Source: Eledone cirrhosa (taxonomy: Eukaryota). Taken from it: a stretch of 64,000 nucleotides of DNA. The position numbers and the translations under genes were made by a program. A model generated the notes under the pieces. The model was not told the origin of the DNA. It saw only the letters and a list, made by a program, of their open reading frames with translations, and did not search any database. This document shows positions 1 to 13,564 of this stretch, one piece after another; position 1 is the first letter of the stretch, and the number at the start of each line of letters is the position of its first letter. The DNA lies in contig OZ024752.1 in the NCBI GenBank assembly GCA_964016885.1, positions 45,880,001 to 45,944,000 on the forward strand, written 5' to 3'.

Positions 1-320
1 TGGTGGTGTTGGTGGTGTTGGTGTTGGTGTTGTTGGTGTTGTTGTTGGTGGTGTTGTTGCTGATGTTGGTGTTGGTGTTGTTGGTGTTGTTGGTGTTGTT
101 GGTGGTGTTGGTGGTGTTGGTGGTGTTGGTGGTGTTGGTGGTGTTGGTGTTGGTGTTGTTGGTGTTGTTGGTGTTGTTGGTGTTGTTGGTGTTGTTGGTG
201 GTGGTGTTGGTGTTGTTGGTGTTGTTGGTGTTGTTGGTGTTGTTGGTGTTGTTTTTGTTGCTGATATTGTTGTTGTTGCTGTTGTTGCTGATATTGTTGT
301 TGTTGTTGTTGCTGTTGTTG
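1..320. repeat. (TGT/TGG)n trinucleotide microsatellite
   Basis: Direct reading; it produces the spurious poly-Val/Leu ORF 3..371. Confidence 0.95.
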
Positions 321-458
321 TTTATCTCTCAGTCAAGCCGGATCTACAAGACATATAATCAAAACTGCTGATCAATCCGTCTATTTTCCCAGACACAGTA
401 TTTATAGTGTTACAGCATCTAAAGTAATGTTGGCTTCGTTTGGAAGTCAGTGTGGGGT

Positions 459-501
<43 letters not shown>

Positions 502-691
502 GTGTGTGTGTGTGTGTGGTTTGTACTTGAAGGTACTTCCGAAAATCAGTTCAGCAAGTTCGCAGTAGTGGTGGCGGTGGTGGTGGTGGTGGTTGTGGTG
601 GTGGTAGTGGTGGTGGTGGTGGTGGTGGTGGTGGTGCTAAGTGAAAGTCAAATATTATTCTCTCTCTCTCTCTGTGTATATATATGTATAT

Positions 692-862
692 AACGGAGGA
701 AATGTGGTAAGGAACCAGGTGGACCATAACGCACCAAAGTACTCAATACTAAGGGTAGTAGAGTGGGTAATAGGAACGAGTAGGACCGCGACGGCTGAGC
801 TCAAGCCGTTTCGACGGCTAATTCGAAACGGCTTGAGCTGAGCCGTCGGGGTCCTACTCGTT

Positions 863-867
<5 letters not shown>
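692..867. mobile_element. Short Penelope-like pLTR remnant forming a fold-back (family D) with the 3' half of a hammerhead
   Basis: Inverted arms at 770-814 and 823-867 (2 mismatches, 8-nt loop). Each arm reads GAAA-CGGC..GCCG-TC (stem III plus GUC site). There is a one-sided extension at 692-769 and (TA)n flanks. Confidence 0.6.
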
Positions 868-924
<57 letters not shown>

Positions 925-936
925 GGGGGGACGTGT

Positions 937-1028
<92 letters not shown>

Positions 1029-1439
1029 GTAGAACTACGTTAGGTAAATATAGTTAGCTAAAACAAGTGCCAGACGTGAATAAATAAAGGTGTCAATGAG
1101 GTGGGAATATTTATTCAATTTCTTGGTTTAAACATGTCTAAACGTTGAACTGTGATATATATGAACTGAACAATAAACGGTAAACAGCGATGAAAGAGAC
1201 ATCAGTTGAAAGAGAGAGAGTAGAGTTAAGGGAAGTTGATAAGAGATTAATAAAGTTCTTTCTGGGGTGATAGAATCATCGTTAATGGAGGTAATCAAAT
1301 TATCGATTATCAAGAACCAATAAAATAAAGCAACGTTGTAGAGCTTCAAAGTTGACAAGTTGACCTCGTCTGGTGGTGGTAAATCTGATGACAATAATTA
1401 CTGTGAAACTGGGATGAGGAAGGAGGGGGGAGGGGGAGA

Positions 1440-1653
1440 GGATGGCGGTGATGGTGATGATAGTGATGATGATGATGATGATGATGATAGTGATGATGAT
1501 GGTGGTCGTGATGGGGTTGATGATGATGATGATGATAGTGATGATGATGGTGGTCGTGATGGTGGTGATGATGATGATGATGATAGTGATGATGATGGTG
1601 GTCGTGAGGGTGGTGAGAAGAAGAAGAAGAAGAAGAAGAAGAAGAAGAAGAAG

Positions 1654-1683
<30 letters not shown>
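1440..1683. repeat. (GAT/GGT)n followed by (GAA)n microsatellites
   Basis: Direct reading. Confidence 0.95.
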
Positions 1684-1684
<1 letters not shown>

Positions 1685-1983
1685 TATCCAAACAAGAGAA
1701 AAAGCCAGGAAGAATAAGGTGTTTCATTGGTTTACCAACTAATAAAGGTGTTCGTCTCATCAATTTCATTGTCTCTGAATTTCTGTGTGAAATACAACTG
1801 TTTGTGGTGTTGTTTACAGTCTATTTGCTTATTGGGAATCTTCAGTTCGATATCACAGCTTCCTCTCGGGTTTCGAATAATCGAACTCCGCCCTTTCCAC
1901 CCCCGCTTATTAAATTTTCAATTTTTTTTTCACTTTTTCCTCCCTACAACTGAGGCTGTGAAGATTCTATTTGACCAACTTCG

Positions 1984-2025
<42 letters not shown>

Positions 2026-2221
2026 CATGACTTGGCAAGCTATTTAGAACACTGGTTTAACCGCTTTACTTCCCTCCGAAGAAGAGATATTATCTCTAAA
2101 ATTAAGGACATTTAAATAAATCTAAGGTAAAAGACTAATTGTCAACAATATCTTTTGCATTTGCATTCTTTATTCTATGTCCATACCTGCATTGTTTTGG
2201 CTTTATTATACATATACAAAC

Positions 2222-2288
<67 letters not shown>

Positions 2289-2289
2289 A

Positions 2290-2452
2290 TCCCGGGTTCA
2301 AACGGGGGTAACCACAGTAAGTTAAGGTACTCAATACAAAGCAAAGTATAAATATTTAATATAGAAAGGCTTCTACAGGACTAGAACTGTTTCATTCGGG
2401 AGAAATCATCAGGAAGACCTGATGATTTCTCCCGTATGAAACAGTTCTATAT

Positions 2453-2460
<8 letters not shown>
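2290..2460. mobile_element. Short Penelope-like pLTR fold-back (family C) inserted in (TA)n
   Basis: Inverted arms at 2383-2413 and 2418-2448, an extension at 2290-2382, and (TA)n on both sides. Confidence 0.7.
2370..2416 (-). ncRNA. Type I hammerhead ribozyme motif
   Basis: Minus strand reads cttc-CTGATGA-tttctcccgaat-GAAA-cag-ttctagtc-ctg-TA-gaag. Stem I is cttc/gaag, stem II ttc/gaa, stem III cag/ctg, and the cleavage triplet is GUA. Confidence 0.75.
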
Positions 2461-2507
<47 letters not shown>

Positions 2508-2599
2508 AAACCAAACAAGTAAACATATATTTAAAAAAATGTAACAACAACACTTCTTTGGTACATACATATCGCTGGAGGAATCTTTACTAGCGCAAA

Positions 2600-2846
2600 G
2601 AAGAAGGCAAAGAAGGCAAAGAAGAAGAAGTAGAAGAAGAAGAAGAAGAAGAAGAAGAAGGCAAACAACAACAACAACACCACTACCACAACACTAACAA
2701 CCACCACCAATAACAACACACTAACCACCACCAACACCACGACCAATACACTAACCACCACCACCAACACCACCACCACTAACAACAACAACAACAACGA
2801 CAAAACCACTACCACAACACTAACCACCACCATCACAACACTAACC

Positions 2847-2902
<56 letters not shown>

Positions 2903-3344
2903 AACCACTACCACAACAACCACCACCAACAACCACACACTAACCACCACCAACACCACGACCAATACACTAACCACCACCACCAACACCAACACCACCA
3001 CCACTAACAACAACAACAACAACAAAACCACTACCACAACACTAACCACCACCATCACAACACTAACCACCACCATCACAACACTAACCACCACCACCAC
3101 CACCACCAACAACAACAACAAGAACAACAACAACGACAAAAAAAAAAAGAAATGAAACAATCTTCCATTAGAAAGAAACAAAGGAAAAAAGCAACAAAAA
3201 GAGAGAAAAATGTGGAAACATTCTTGTAAGACTTTCATTAATTATTTCTCATATGACATCTTGTGATTACCATTTTAAAGAACTTCAGTAATTGACTCAC
3301 TACTAAGGAATCACTGTTTATTGTACACTGAACTTTTGTTGTTG

Positions 3345-3376
<32 letters not shown>

Positions 3377-3680
3377 GTTGTTGTTGGTGTTTGTTAGTGT
3401 TGGTGGTGGTGGTGGTGGTGTTGTTGTTGGTGTTGTTGTTTGTTAGTGTTGTTGTTGGTGGTGGTGGTGGTGTTGTCGTCGTTGTTGTTGTTGGTGTTGT
3501 TGTTGTTGTTTGTTAGTGTTGATGGTGGTGGTGGTGGTGGTGTTGTTGTTGTTGGTGTTGTTTGTTAGTGTTGATGGTGGTGGTGGTGGTGGTGTTGTTG
3601 TTGGTGTTGTTTGTTAGTGTTGATGGTGGTGGTGGTGGTGGTGGTGTCGTTGTCGTTGTTGTTGGTGTTGTCGTTGTTTG
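2600..3680. repeat. Compound (GAA)n, (CAA/CAC)n and (TTG/TGG)n microsatellites
   Basis: Direct reading. Confidence 0.9.
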
Positions 3681-3811
3681 TCTGTTGCGTTTCATCTTTG
3701 GATATATATTTGTATATATGTCTGTGTGTGTGTATATATGTATACATACATATATATATATACATACATACATATATATATATATACACATATATATATA
3801 TATATATATAC

Positions 3812-3841
<30 letters not shown>

Positions 3842-3843
<2 letters not shown>

Positions 3844-3977
3844 GAATATGGTTTTATAAATATAGTTTCCATTTATTAATATATTGTATTTTTACTCCAA
3901 TAATTTGTTGAGTGCTTTATATCAGTTATAAAAATATTTGCTTGTTGTATCCCAACAAATTAAATATAACTTCTACA
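3842..3977 (+). mobile_element. Solo 3' segment of the family A (Naiad-associated) pLTR
   Basis: Closely matches 59180-59300 and 58659-58800 (atggttttataaatatagtttccattt...cccaaca..ttaaatataactt); flanked by (TA)n. Confidence 0.8.
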
Positions 3978-3993
3978 TATACATATATATATG

Positions 3994-4060
3994 AAGGCGC
4001 GTGGCTGAGTGGTTAGAGAAAGAATTAGATTTGTTATCGTAAGGTTGTGAGTTCGATTGT
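3994..4060 (+). mobile_element. Degenerate tRNA-derived SINE head
   Basis: A-box-like tggctgagtggtta and B-box-like gagttcgatt. Confidence 0.45.
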
Positions 4061-4102
4061 GGTGGTGGATGTGCGATGATGATGGTCTGTGTTCCAGCTG
4101 TT

Positions 4103-4164
<62 letters not shown>

Positions 4165-4883
4165 AAGAAAAAAGAAAAAGATGAGGAAGGCAAAGAAGAA
4201 GAAGAAGGCTGTTCTACTAGATTGTAAAAAAAAACTGGAACACACAACGTAGATACCGACGAAAGACCATTTCATGAAAATTTGAACCAATATCTCGTTA
4301 CAAGTTGAAACCAAGAGAATAGAATATCTGTTTGTTATTAAATTTCTCAAAGACTTGAAGAACTGGAATAAGATTGCATCAATCCGGGTGGATATTATTT
4401 TCAATAACAATAATTTTCTAGAAAGGCTGCTAAGGAAATAATCGATTGAATTATTTGATAGGATTCTGTTTGAGACCACTGTATCTATAGGTGTGTGTGT
4501 GTGTATGTGTGTGGAAGGTGTTTGTGTATGTGTGTGTGTGTGTGTGTGTGTTTATATATATATATATATGTATGTATATGCATACATATATATATATATA
4601 TATGCATACATATATATATATATATATATATGCATACATATATATATGTATATATGTATATATGTATATATATATATATATACATATATATAAATGTATA
4701 TATATATATGTATATATATATGTATATATATATGTATATATTTATATATATATATATATGTATATATATATGTATATATTTATATATATATATATATATT
4801 TATATATATACAGAGAGAGAAAGAGAGACAGAGAATGAGAGAAAGAGAGAAAGAGAGAGAGAGAAGAAGAAGAATCGATCTTA

Positions 4884-5025
4884 GTAATATACTAACACTT
4901 TTATTATCGACCTGGGATGAATAAAAGACGAAAGGCAAAGTTGACCTCGGCGGGATTTGAACTCAGGGAGCAGAGAACCGGAACGAAAACCATAAAACAT
5001 TCTATCTGACGTTCTAACGACTCTC
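4884..5025 (-). mobile_element. tRNA-derived SINE (dominant family of this window)
   Basis: Reverse complement of gagttcaaatcccgccgaggtcaactttgcctttc...gtcgataa. Confidence 0.8.
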
Positions 5026-5706
5026 ACAAATAATGTCTTGTATTACATAAATACAGAATAGAGGAGGTGTTTCCTGGGAGGATGGTCAGAGAGACGTGTT
5101 GGAAGAGCCATTCCAACTCGCGAGGCTCACACTTGCGGGTAGCCAGACTCTGTGTCGATGGTGGTAAGTAGTGAGGTGGTCCTAGGGTCAAGGACACCAG
5201 AACTCTCCACTGCTTCAGGTAGCCAGACTCTGTGTCGATGGTGGTAAGTAGTGAGGTTGTCCTAGGGCCAAGGACACCAGAAGTATCCACTGCTACGGGT
5301 AGCTAACTCTGTATCGATGGTGGTATGTAGTGAAGTGGTCCTAGGGCCAAGGACACCAGAACTCTCCACTGCCACGAGTAGCTAACTCTGTGTCGATGGT
5401 GGTAAGTAGTGAGGTGGCCCTAAGGCCAAGGACACCAGAAGTCTCCACTGCTACGGGTAGCCAGACTCTGTGTCGATGGTGGTAAGTAGTGAGGTGGTCC
5501 TAGGGCCAAGGACACCAGAACTCTCCACTGCTACGGGTAGCCAACTCTGTGCCGATGGTGGAGAGTGGTAAGTAGTGAGGTAGCCCTAGGGCCAAGGACA
5601 CCAGAAGTCTCCACTGCTACGGGTAGTCAACTCTGTGCCGATGGTGGCGAGTGGTAAGTAGTGAGGTGGCCCTAGGGCCAAGGACACCAGAAGTCTCCAC
5701 TGCTAC
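5024..5706 (-). pseudogene. 3' fragment of a CRE-clade non-LTR retrotransposon (end of the restriction-like endonuclease), partly expanded into a minisatellite
   Basis: Translates as VAVETSGVLGPR.TSLLTTI...LATRKCEPRELEWLFQHVSLTILPGNTSSIL. This resembles the CRE C-terminal pattern P.AVET.G..G...L.Q.IS.AI.RGN...IL, recognised from memory. Confidence 0.65.
5137..5706. repeat. Minisatellite, ~80-bp unit, ~7 copies
   Basis: Unit starts recur at ~5141, 5221, 5301, 5380, 5459, 5539 and 5625. Confidence 0.95.
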
Positions 5707-6047
5707 TCATCATACGAGACTGTGGAAACTGCTAATTTTTTTTCATGCTTTTTTCCTTTCTATTGCTTTAAAGTGTCACATTATAATTGCTTTAATCTCT
5801 TATTATAATCTCGCTAATGTATTTTATTTTATAATCGTTTAACTTATGTGTTTTTATACCTGTGATGTAAAGAAGAATCAAAAGAACAGTCGTTTCTTAA
5901 TGCCATAGCAGTGTTTAATCTCTGCTCGTTTAAACTACTCTATTGGCGATCAATAGCTGGAGGCTTGCATTCCTTAGTATATATATATATATATATATAT
6001 ATATACTATAGAGTGGGTATATATACTATACTATAGAGTGGGTATAT

Positions 6048-6079
<32 letters not shown>

Positions 6080-6097
6080 TCACATAGGCATACATAT

Positions 6098-6157
<60 letters not shown>

Positions 6158-6654
6158 CGCTCTCTATAACAATGATCAAGTTTCTATCATGACTCTCACT
6201 ATCTACCTTCCGTTACATCTAATCACACACACACGCACACACATACACACACACACATACACACGCTAACGACCATTCTATAAACACTGGCGTCACTCTG
6301 ACGGAACCCTATACACATTCCAGCAGGTATATACTACTTCTATGGACCACAAACATACTGAACTGGGAAAATGATAACTTTAATCTTCTTCAATAGTTTC
6401 CAATCACAATCACTATCGTTTTCGGTGCCAGATCGATTCCGATGTGCGTGTGCGTGTGTGTGTGTGTGTGTGCTAAATATTGCTGCCATGATATCTATGG
6501 ATACGGTTGGACAGTTTCAATTCATTATAGAATAGTTGTAGCTATACATTGCACAAAACAACAGAAGGAGGGTGTTACTCGTTCTTTTACACCCGCCACC
6601 CTCATTTCAAAGGACCAGTCTTCTTACACCCTATGTCCTGCTCAATATCCATAT

Positions 6655-7308
6655 TGTGTAAACAGTGTCGGGCCTTCGTAAAGACCTGAAGATCCGTCTC
6701 TCCGTCGCTGTAGTGGGGTTTGTGCTGCTGTACAGGTCTGAGACTTGGACACTGACCAGGTGTAGCACCCATCCACCAGATGGTGGATGGGTGCTACACG
6801 AGAATGCTGAGGATGGCTCTGAACATTAATCAGTATACACTGAGGATGAAGAACTCAGAGCTGTACAGGAGCCTCCCAAAAGTCAGCTCGAAAGTGACAC
6901 AGAGGAGATTGGGGTTAACTGAACATGCTCACCGACATTCAGAGTTGACACTGCACTCAGTGATCCTGTGGGAGTCCCTACACGGACACACGAGGTTAGC
7001 TGGACATGCTCACCGACATCCAGAGTTGACACTGCACCCAGTGCTCCTGTGGGAGCCCTACACGGACACACGAGGTTAGCTGGACATGCTCACCGACATT
7101 CAGAGTTGACACTGCACTCAATGGTCCTGTGTGAGCCCCTGCATGGACACACTAGCAGGAGGAGACCGAGATTGACATATGTTGATGCCCTAAGGACAGA
7201 CACTGGTCTCTTGGAGATGCAGGACATGGCAGCGATAATGAGGGACAGAGGCCGCTGGAGAGAACACGTCCATGGATCTCGGAAATTTTACCCACCCTAG
7301 ATAGATAG
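6655..7308 (+). pseudogene. 5'-truncated RTE-clade LINE 3' end with an internal ~80-bp triplication
   Basis: Reads LRKDLKIRL..VLLYRSETWTLT...DGCYTRMLRMALNI...RLAGHAHRH...RRRPRLTYVDALRTDTG...MRDRGRWR, then a stop and a short (TAGA)n tail. Confidence 0.85.
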
Positions 7309-7489
7309 TGTTACACTGCAAGTGTATACATTTCCATCTCGTAGTTAAAAATCATGACGGTATGACACTACAAATGCCAACTTTAATCTGCAATCCCTAA
7401 TAATCTCTAATGTGTTCCTGCCCTACACACCTTTATCAAAACTACTTCCGGGGAAACTAGGCTGTTATCTTCTTCTGCTTCTTCTTGGT

Positions 7490-7606
7490 ATTGGCAGTAT
7501 TGGTAGGGTGTCGAATAACATGCATTGCGGCATAAAGTTATGACCCTTTATGTTCTGAGTTCAAACCCCGCTGAAGTTATAGCTTTGCCTTTCCTATTCC
7601 GGGGTA
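7490..7606 (+). mobile_element. tRNA-derived SINE, 3'-truncated
   Basis: ttggcagtattggtag...gttctgagttcaaaccccgc...ctttgcctttc. Confidence 0.75.
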
Positions 7607-7687
7607 TTTTTCTACCACATTATACCAGCTTTTGGAAAGTATCCGTCTTTTGTTATATATCTCACAATACTTCGTATTAACTACACT

Positions 7688-7809
<122 letters not shown>

Positions 7810-7824
7810 CACATATATATATAT

Positions 7825-7862
<38 letters not shown>

Positions 7863-8017
7863 GCGGGTGTTTAAAATGACATAATACTTAAAACATTGTA
7901 ACATTAGCTGCATCTGAATGAGCACTGAAGGCATGGATGCAGAGTGTAAAATTTGAATGTGTGTATGAGCGTATACATACATTGTATATATATATACACA
8001 CATACATGTATATATAC

Positions 8018-8049
<32 letters not shown>

Positions 8050-8205
8050 GAATAGCATTCAATAACATTTAAAAGATGGCCACCTTTAATTGGAAACATC
8101 ACGTTTCGTTGCTTCATTAATTGTGAAGATCATATTCAATTAATATGTCCTGCCTGGGAGATCTAATTATTTCATAGTTGACACTCTCAAACTCTCAACA
8201 AGTGA

Positions 8206-8237
<32 letters not shown>

Positions 8238-8344
8238 TATCATCCCCGCCCTCACCCCCTTCCCATCACACACATCTCATTAATATTCACGAGGCTATGA
8301 TACCTACCCTGAATTTTTCTCAGTTTTACAATTAGATAAACGAT

Positions 8345-8580
8345 GAGAGGGATGGATTGGCATTAATTGGTTGAGCGCCGGACTATATGCTTTGCGGCAT
8401 AGAGCTATGTCCCTTTGCGTTCTGAGTTCAAATCCCGCCGAGGTTAGGTTAGGTTAACTTTGCCTTTCATCTTTACGAGGATGGATAAAATAAAGTACCA
8501 GTAATGTACTGGTGTCGATTTAATTAACATTCCCCAACCCCAAAATGTATTCGCCTTATACCTAGAATAGAAACAATTAT
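8345..8580 (+). mobile_element. tRNA-derived SINE, near full length
   Basis: A/B boxes, central ctttgcctttcatc...gataaaataaagtaccagt (Meta/MESC-domain-like), and 3' tagaaacaattat. Confidence 0.85.
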
Positions 8581-9618
8581 AAAAGGGTGAGCTATGAGAA
8601 ATCACTCAAGAGGGCCAATGGTATTGATTAAAATAATCCAATAATATTGACTGAGATAATCCAAGTAGGTGATCTGATAAATCATGCAAACAAAAAGTTT
8701 TTATTAAATACATTATTTTATTCATATTACCAGAAGGAAAAATGTCGGGATAGCTTGGAAGAAAAAATAATATAAATAAGAATTTTAAGAATTTTTTTTT
8801 TGTTTCTTAAACATAATTAGATATTTCATACTCAAAGCCGTTTATACTAAAACAAAACAGACTATTAAAGGGAACAACAACAAAAAGGAAATTAAAAAAA
8901 TAAGAAATACGAATTAAGACACAAAAAAAAAAACGGAGGGACAGACATTACATTTGTGTCTGAGCTGCGTTTCAGCGGAAATTATTAATTAATTTCGGAG
9001 AAAAATTATTTTTCCGTGCTTAAGAGGGAAATATCTTGTTTGTTCGCAGGCAAGAAGACGGCTAGAAACATATTTCAGCCTTATTAGACCTTAACAGTGA
9101 ACCAGAGTCTTTTACAAGTCAAAAACGAGTTACGAAATATTTTGTCATTTTTTTTGTTTGTTTGTTTGTTTTTTTATCTGTCAACCCACGTGGTTGTTTG
9201 TTCTCCCTCTTAGACATTATCTACCCCCTTTAGTGGAGATATTCGCTCCACAAAAACATTTTTAGTCATAACACCTTAAATTATGTATGGAGTACATTAT
9301 CAGAGATTTTTCTAATTTGAAGGCCACACCGAGACACAGACAAACACACACATATAAATATATAAATATATATATATGTGTGTGTGTGTGTGAGAGAGTG
9401 TGTGTGTGTGTGGAGGGGGTGCCCGGGGGGATCACAGAGCAGGGTTGTACTCAGTGAATGTTTAAGTGCAGAGTTGGTAGAGCAATTAGTAAAATCCCTA
9501 CTGAGGACTCACACTGTTTCATGTACATGTGTACGTGTGTGTATATATATACATATATATATACATATATATATACATATATATATATATACACACATAT
9601 ATATATACATATATATAC

Positions 9619-9649
<31 letters not shown>

Positions 9650-9650
9650 C

Positions 9651-9683
<33 letters not shown>

Positions 9684-9710
9684 CACATATATATATATAC
9701 ATATATATAC

Positions 9711-9741
<31 letters not shown>

Positions 9742-9845
9742 CATATATATATACATTATATATATATACATATACATATATATATATATACACATATATA
9801 TATATACATATACATATATATATATATACACATATATATATATAC

Positions 9846-9892
<47 letters not shown>

Positions 9893-9913
9893 TATATACA
9901 TATATATATATAC

Positions 9914-9960
<47 letters not shown>

Positions 9961-9973
9961 CATATATATATAC

Positions 9974-10027
<54 letters not shown>

Positions 10028-10248
10028 CATATACATATATATACATATATACATAGAGAAGGAGAGAGAGAGTTGTGTGTGTGTGTGGGTGTGTGAATAT
10101 ATATACATATATTTATATCTATGTATATATATGTATGTGTGCGTCTGTGTGTATGTAGGTATGTATATATGTACGCACACTTACGGACAACATTTATATT
10201 TTAAAATATACATCAATGTAGTGTACAGAGACACAAAGACACACACAC

Positions 10249-10307
<59 letters not shown>

Positions 10308-10411
10308 TACATATATATGTATATATATATATATATATATATGTATATTATATATATATATATATATACATATATATGTATATATATATATATATGTATA
10401 ATATATATATG

Positions 10412-10567
<156 letters not shown>

Positions 10568-10835
10568 TATGTATATATATATGTATACACATATATATGT
10601 ATATATATATATACACATATATATGTATATATATATATATACACATATATATATATATATATATATGCATATATATATATATATATATATATATTTCGGC
10701 CATATAAATGATGAAATAACAAGGGAAAGGTTTAGCAGAATATAGGGTATCAATGATAAAAATAGGAGTAAAAATAAGACATAGATACATACGTCAAATA
10801 GATAAGATTAACTAACTATACATCATATGTAATCT

Positions 10836-10867
<32 letters not shown>

Positions 10868-10983
10868 CACACATATATATATGTATGTATGTTATATTTT
10901 ATTATATTTTTATATTTCTCATTTTAGATTTTCCTAGCCCTATTTTCTGAGCAATTGTTGCAATTCTTACAATGTTGCTGAAA

Positions 10984-11023
<40 letters not shown>

Positions 11024-11051
11024 TGTGTATATATATATATATATATATATA

Positions 11052-11300
11052 TTGTTATGCTTTGGGAGGGTCATGTTGCCAATAAGAAACACACGCACCA
11101 GTTGCTTTCACTCCAATTTATTATAAATTAAATTTATAAATTTAAGAATTTATAAATTTCCGGTTAGTTGGTTGGTTCCACAAACCGGACGGTTGTTCAT
11201 ATAGTGTCAAAGTTCTTTCGTCACACATTCTGTGACCTCTTCAGTGACTGTGGATTCTTTTCAGATAAAGAATCTTGCTAAACAAATTCAGAAACGAAAT
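11052..11300 (-). mobile_element. Family B hammerhead-bearing element (minus-strand copy plus a short inverted 3' tail) in (TA)n; duplicate at ~25721-25970
   Basis: Minus strand ~11206-11249 reads gtca-CTGAAGA-ggtcacagaatgtgtgac-GAAA-gaac-TT-tgac. Confidence 0.75.
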
Positions 11301-11438
11301 ATATATATATATATATATTAATATATTATAAGTTTGAAATTAGAAAATAGAAGCTTTCACCGTATTTTTTTACTAAAGAGATTTTAGCCTGATAGTGGGG
11401 TTTAGAACTCTCAGAGAAATGGAAAAAGATGAGTATTG

Positions 11439-11528
<90 letters not shown>

Positions 11529-11531
11529 TTG

Positions 11532-11565
<34 letters not shown>

Positions 11566-11967
11566 TGTGTGTGTGTGTGTGCTATATATATATATATATA
11601 TATATAGAACAAAAACCTGTTGAGAGAGCGATGCCTTGTTCGATCATTATACCAAAAGCTTATTTTTTATAAGCAGACAGTATTATTGATTTCGGTGTTG
11701 CAGATCGGAGTATTCCATCTTCCCCGAGGGTCCGGGTAACAATTTCAATCATATCTCATTTTGTTTGACCCGTTTAGCTTGTTCGCTGTTTTGGCTAAGG
11801 TGGGTTAATGGCTTCTTCACCATCGTCTCAGCGTGTATGACCATTTTAACTTATGTTTATAGCTCTGCCATCTTCTTCATATCCATGGAGCGCTTGTCTG
11901 CACAATATGGAAGTTGCGTTTCGCTAATGTCTACCCGCCGAAATGCGATTCTCGCTAAATTTATATT

Positions 11968-12002
<35 letters not shown>

Positions 12003-12006
12003 TATA

Positions 12007-12094
<88 letters not shown>

Positions 12095-12654
12095 ATGTAT
12101 ATATATATATAGGATATATATATATACATATATATATATACATATATATATATACATATATATATAGTTTCTACCATCACTCTCTACCTCGTTAACATTA
12201 CATTCTGTTTTGGTGTTTCTTTTTCTGTTCGAAACGCCATCAGTTCTATGTACATCTTTTTTTACATCTTTATGAGATCTTGGTGGAAATGCCTCACTCT
12301 ATCGTCTTTTATCTCTGGAGTTTTAAATACATATTTTATGCAGTGAAATCGTTGCGATCTCCAGTAAAAAGTTAAAAACAAAATGACGTCCATGTTTTTC
12401 CAATTGCAATATTAATCTTTAATTTCTTGCGGTTCTTTCTAATGAAATCTGTAGAATTTCCTCGAGAGGGTGAAGGGATTATAATGTTAAACGATGCCAT
12501 GTCAAGAATTTAGAGAAAAATATGTTCTGTGGAAATACTTTTGATCGGTGCACCGGTTGATGCCATTCCTGTGTATTCTTGGTGCACACCGCATGTAGGG
12601 CTTCTCGCTTTTGGTTCTTCTAAATGTTGGTTTAGTGCAACCACACTCATGCAT

Positions 12655-12696
<42 letters not shown>

Positions 12697-12731
12697 GCTT
12701 GTATGTATATATATGTGTATGTGTGCGTGTG

Positions 12732-12772
<41 letters not shown>

Positions 12773-13427
12773 GCTTGTATGTATATATATGTGTGTGTGT
12801 GCGTGTGTATGTGTATATATATATATATGTATATATATGTGTGTGTATGTATGTATATATATATATAATATGCATGAAAACTCTGTTTCCTTCCTTCGTT
12901 GTCTCCATCCTTCCTACAACAGCTCTCTCTCTCCCTCTCTCCCTCTCCCTCTCCCACTCTCTCCCTCCCTCTCTCTCTCTCACTTTCTCTCTCCCTCTCT
13001 CTCTCCCTCTCCCACTCCTCTCTCTCCCGTCACCAACTCTCTCCTCTCACATTCACTCTCCCTCTCCCCCCACCTACTCTCTCTCCCTCCCTCTCTTATA
13101 TTACTCTCCATCTCTCTCTTCCCCCTCAGCCCACTCCTCACCCCCTCCCAGAAATACAGATATTTTCAACTGAGGAAATGTGAAACACTCTCCGCGCGCG
13201 AATTCAATTAAGTTCTTGTTGGAGAGGAAATTGAAAGAGGGGTGGAGGGGAATATGTATGTATGTATGTATGCATGCACGTATGTACGTATGTACGTATG
13301 CATGTACGTATGCATGCATGTATACGTACGTGCCCATGGAGATATGTCTGTATGCATGCATGTACGTATGTATATATGCATGTATATATGCATGCATATA
13401 TGTATATATATATATATGCATATATGC

Positions 13428-13564
<137 letters not shown>

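Noticed and set aside
5137-5706. CRISPR-like appearance of the 80-bp array (also 19496-19870 and 52405-52700)
   Set aside because: Whole units repeat with no unique spacers, there are no cas genes, the context is eukaryotic, and the first two arrays translate as retrotransposon sequence.
11605-12645. Coding-like sequence interrupted by (TA)n, possibly an old Penelope-like relic
   Set aside because: It has many stops and frameshifts and no motif I can assign with confidence.
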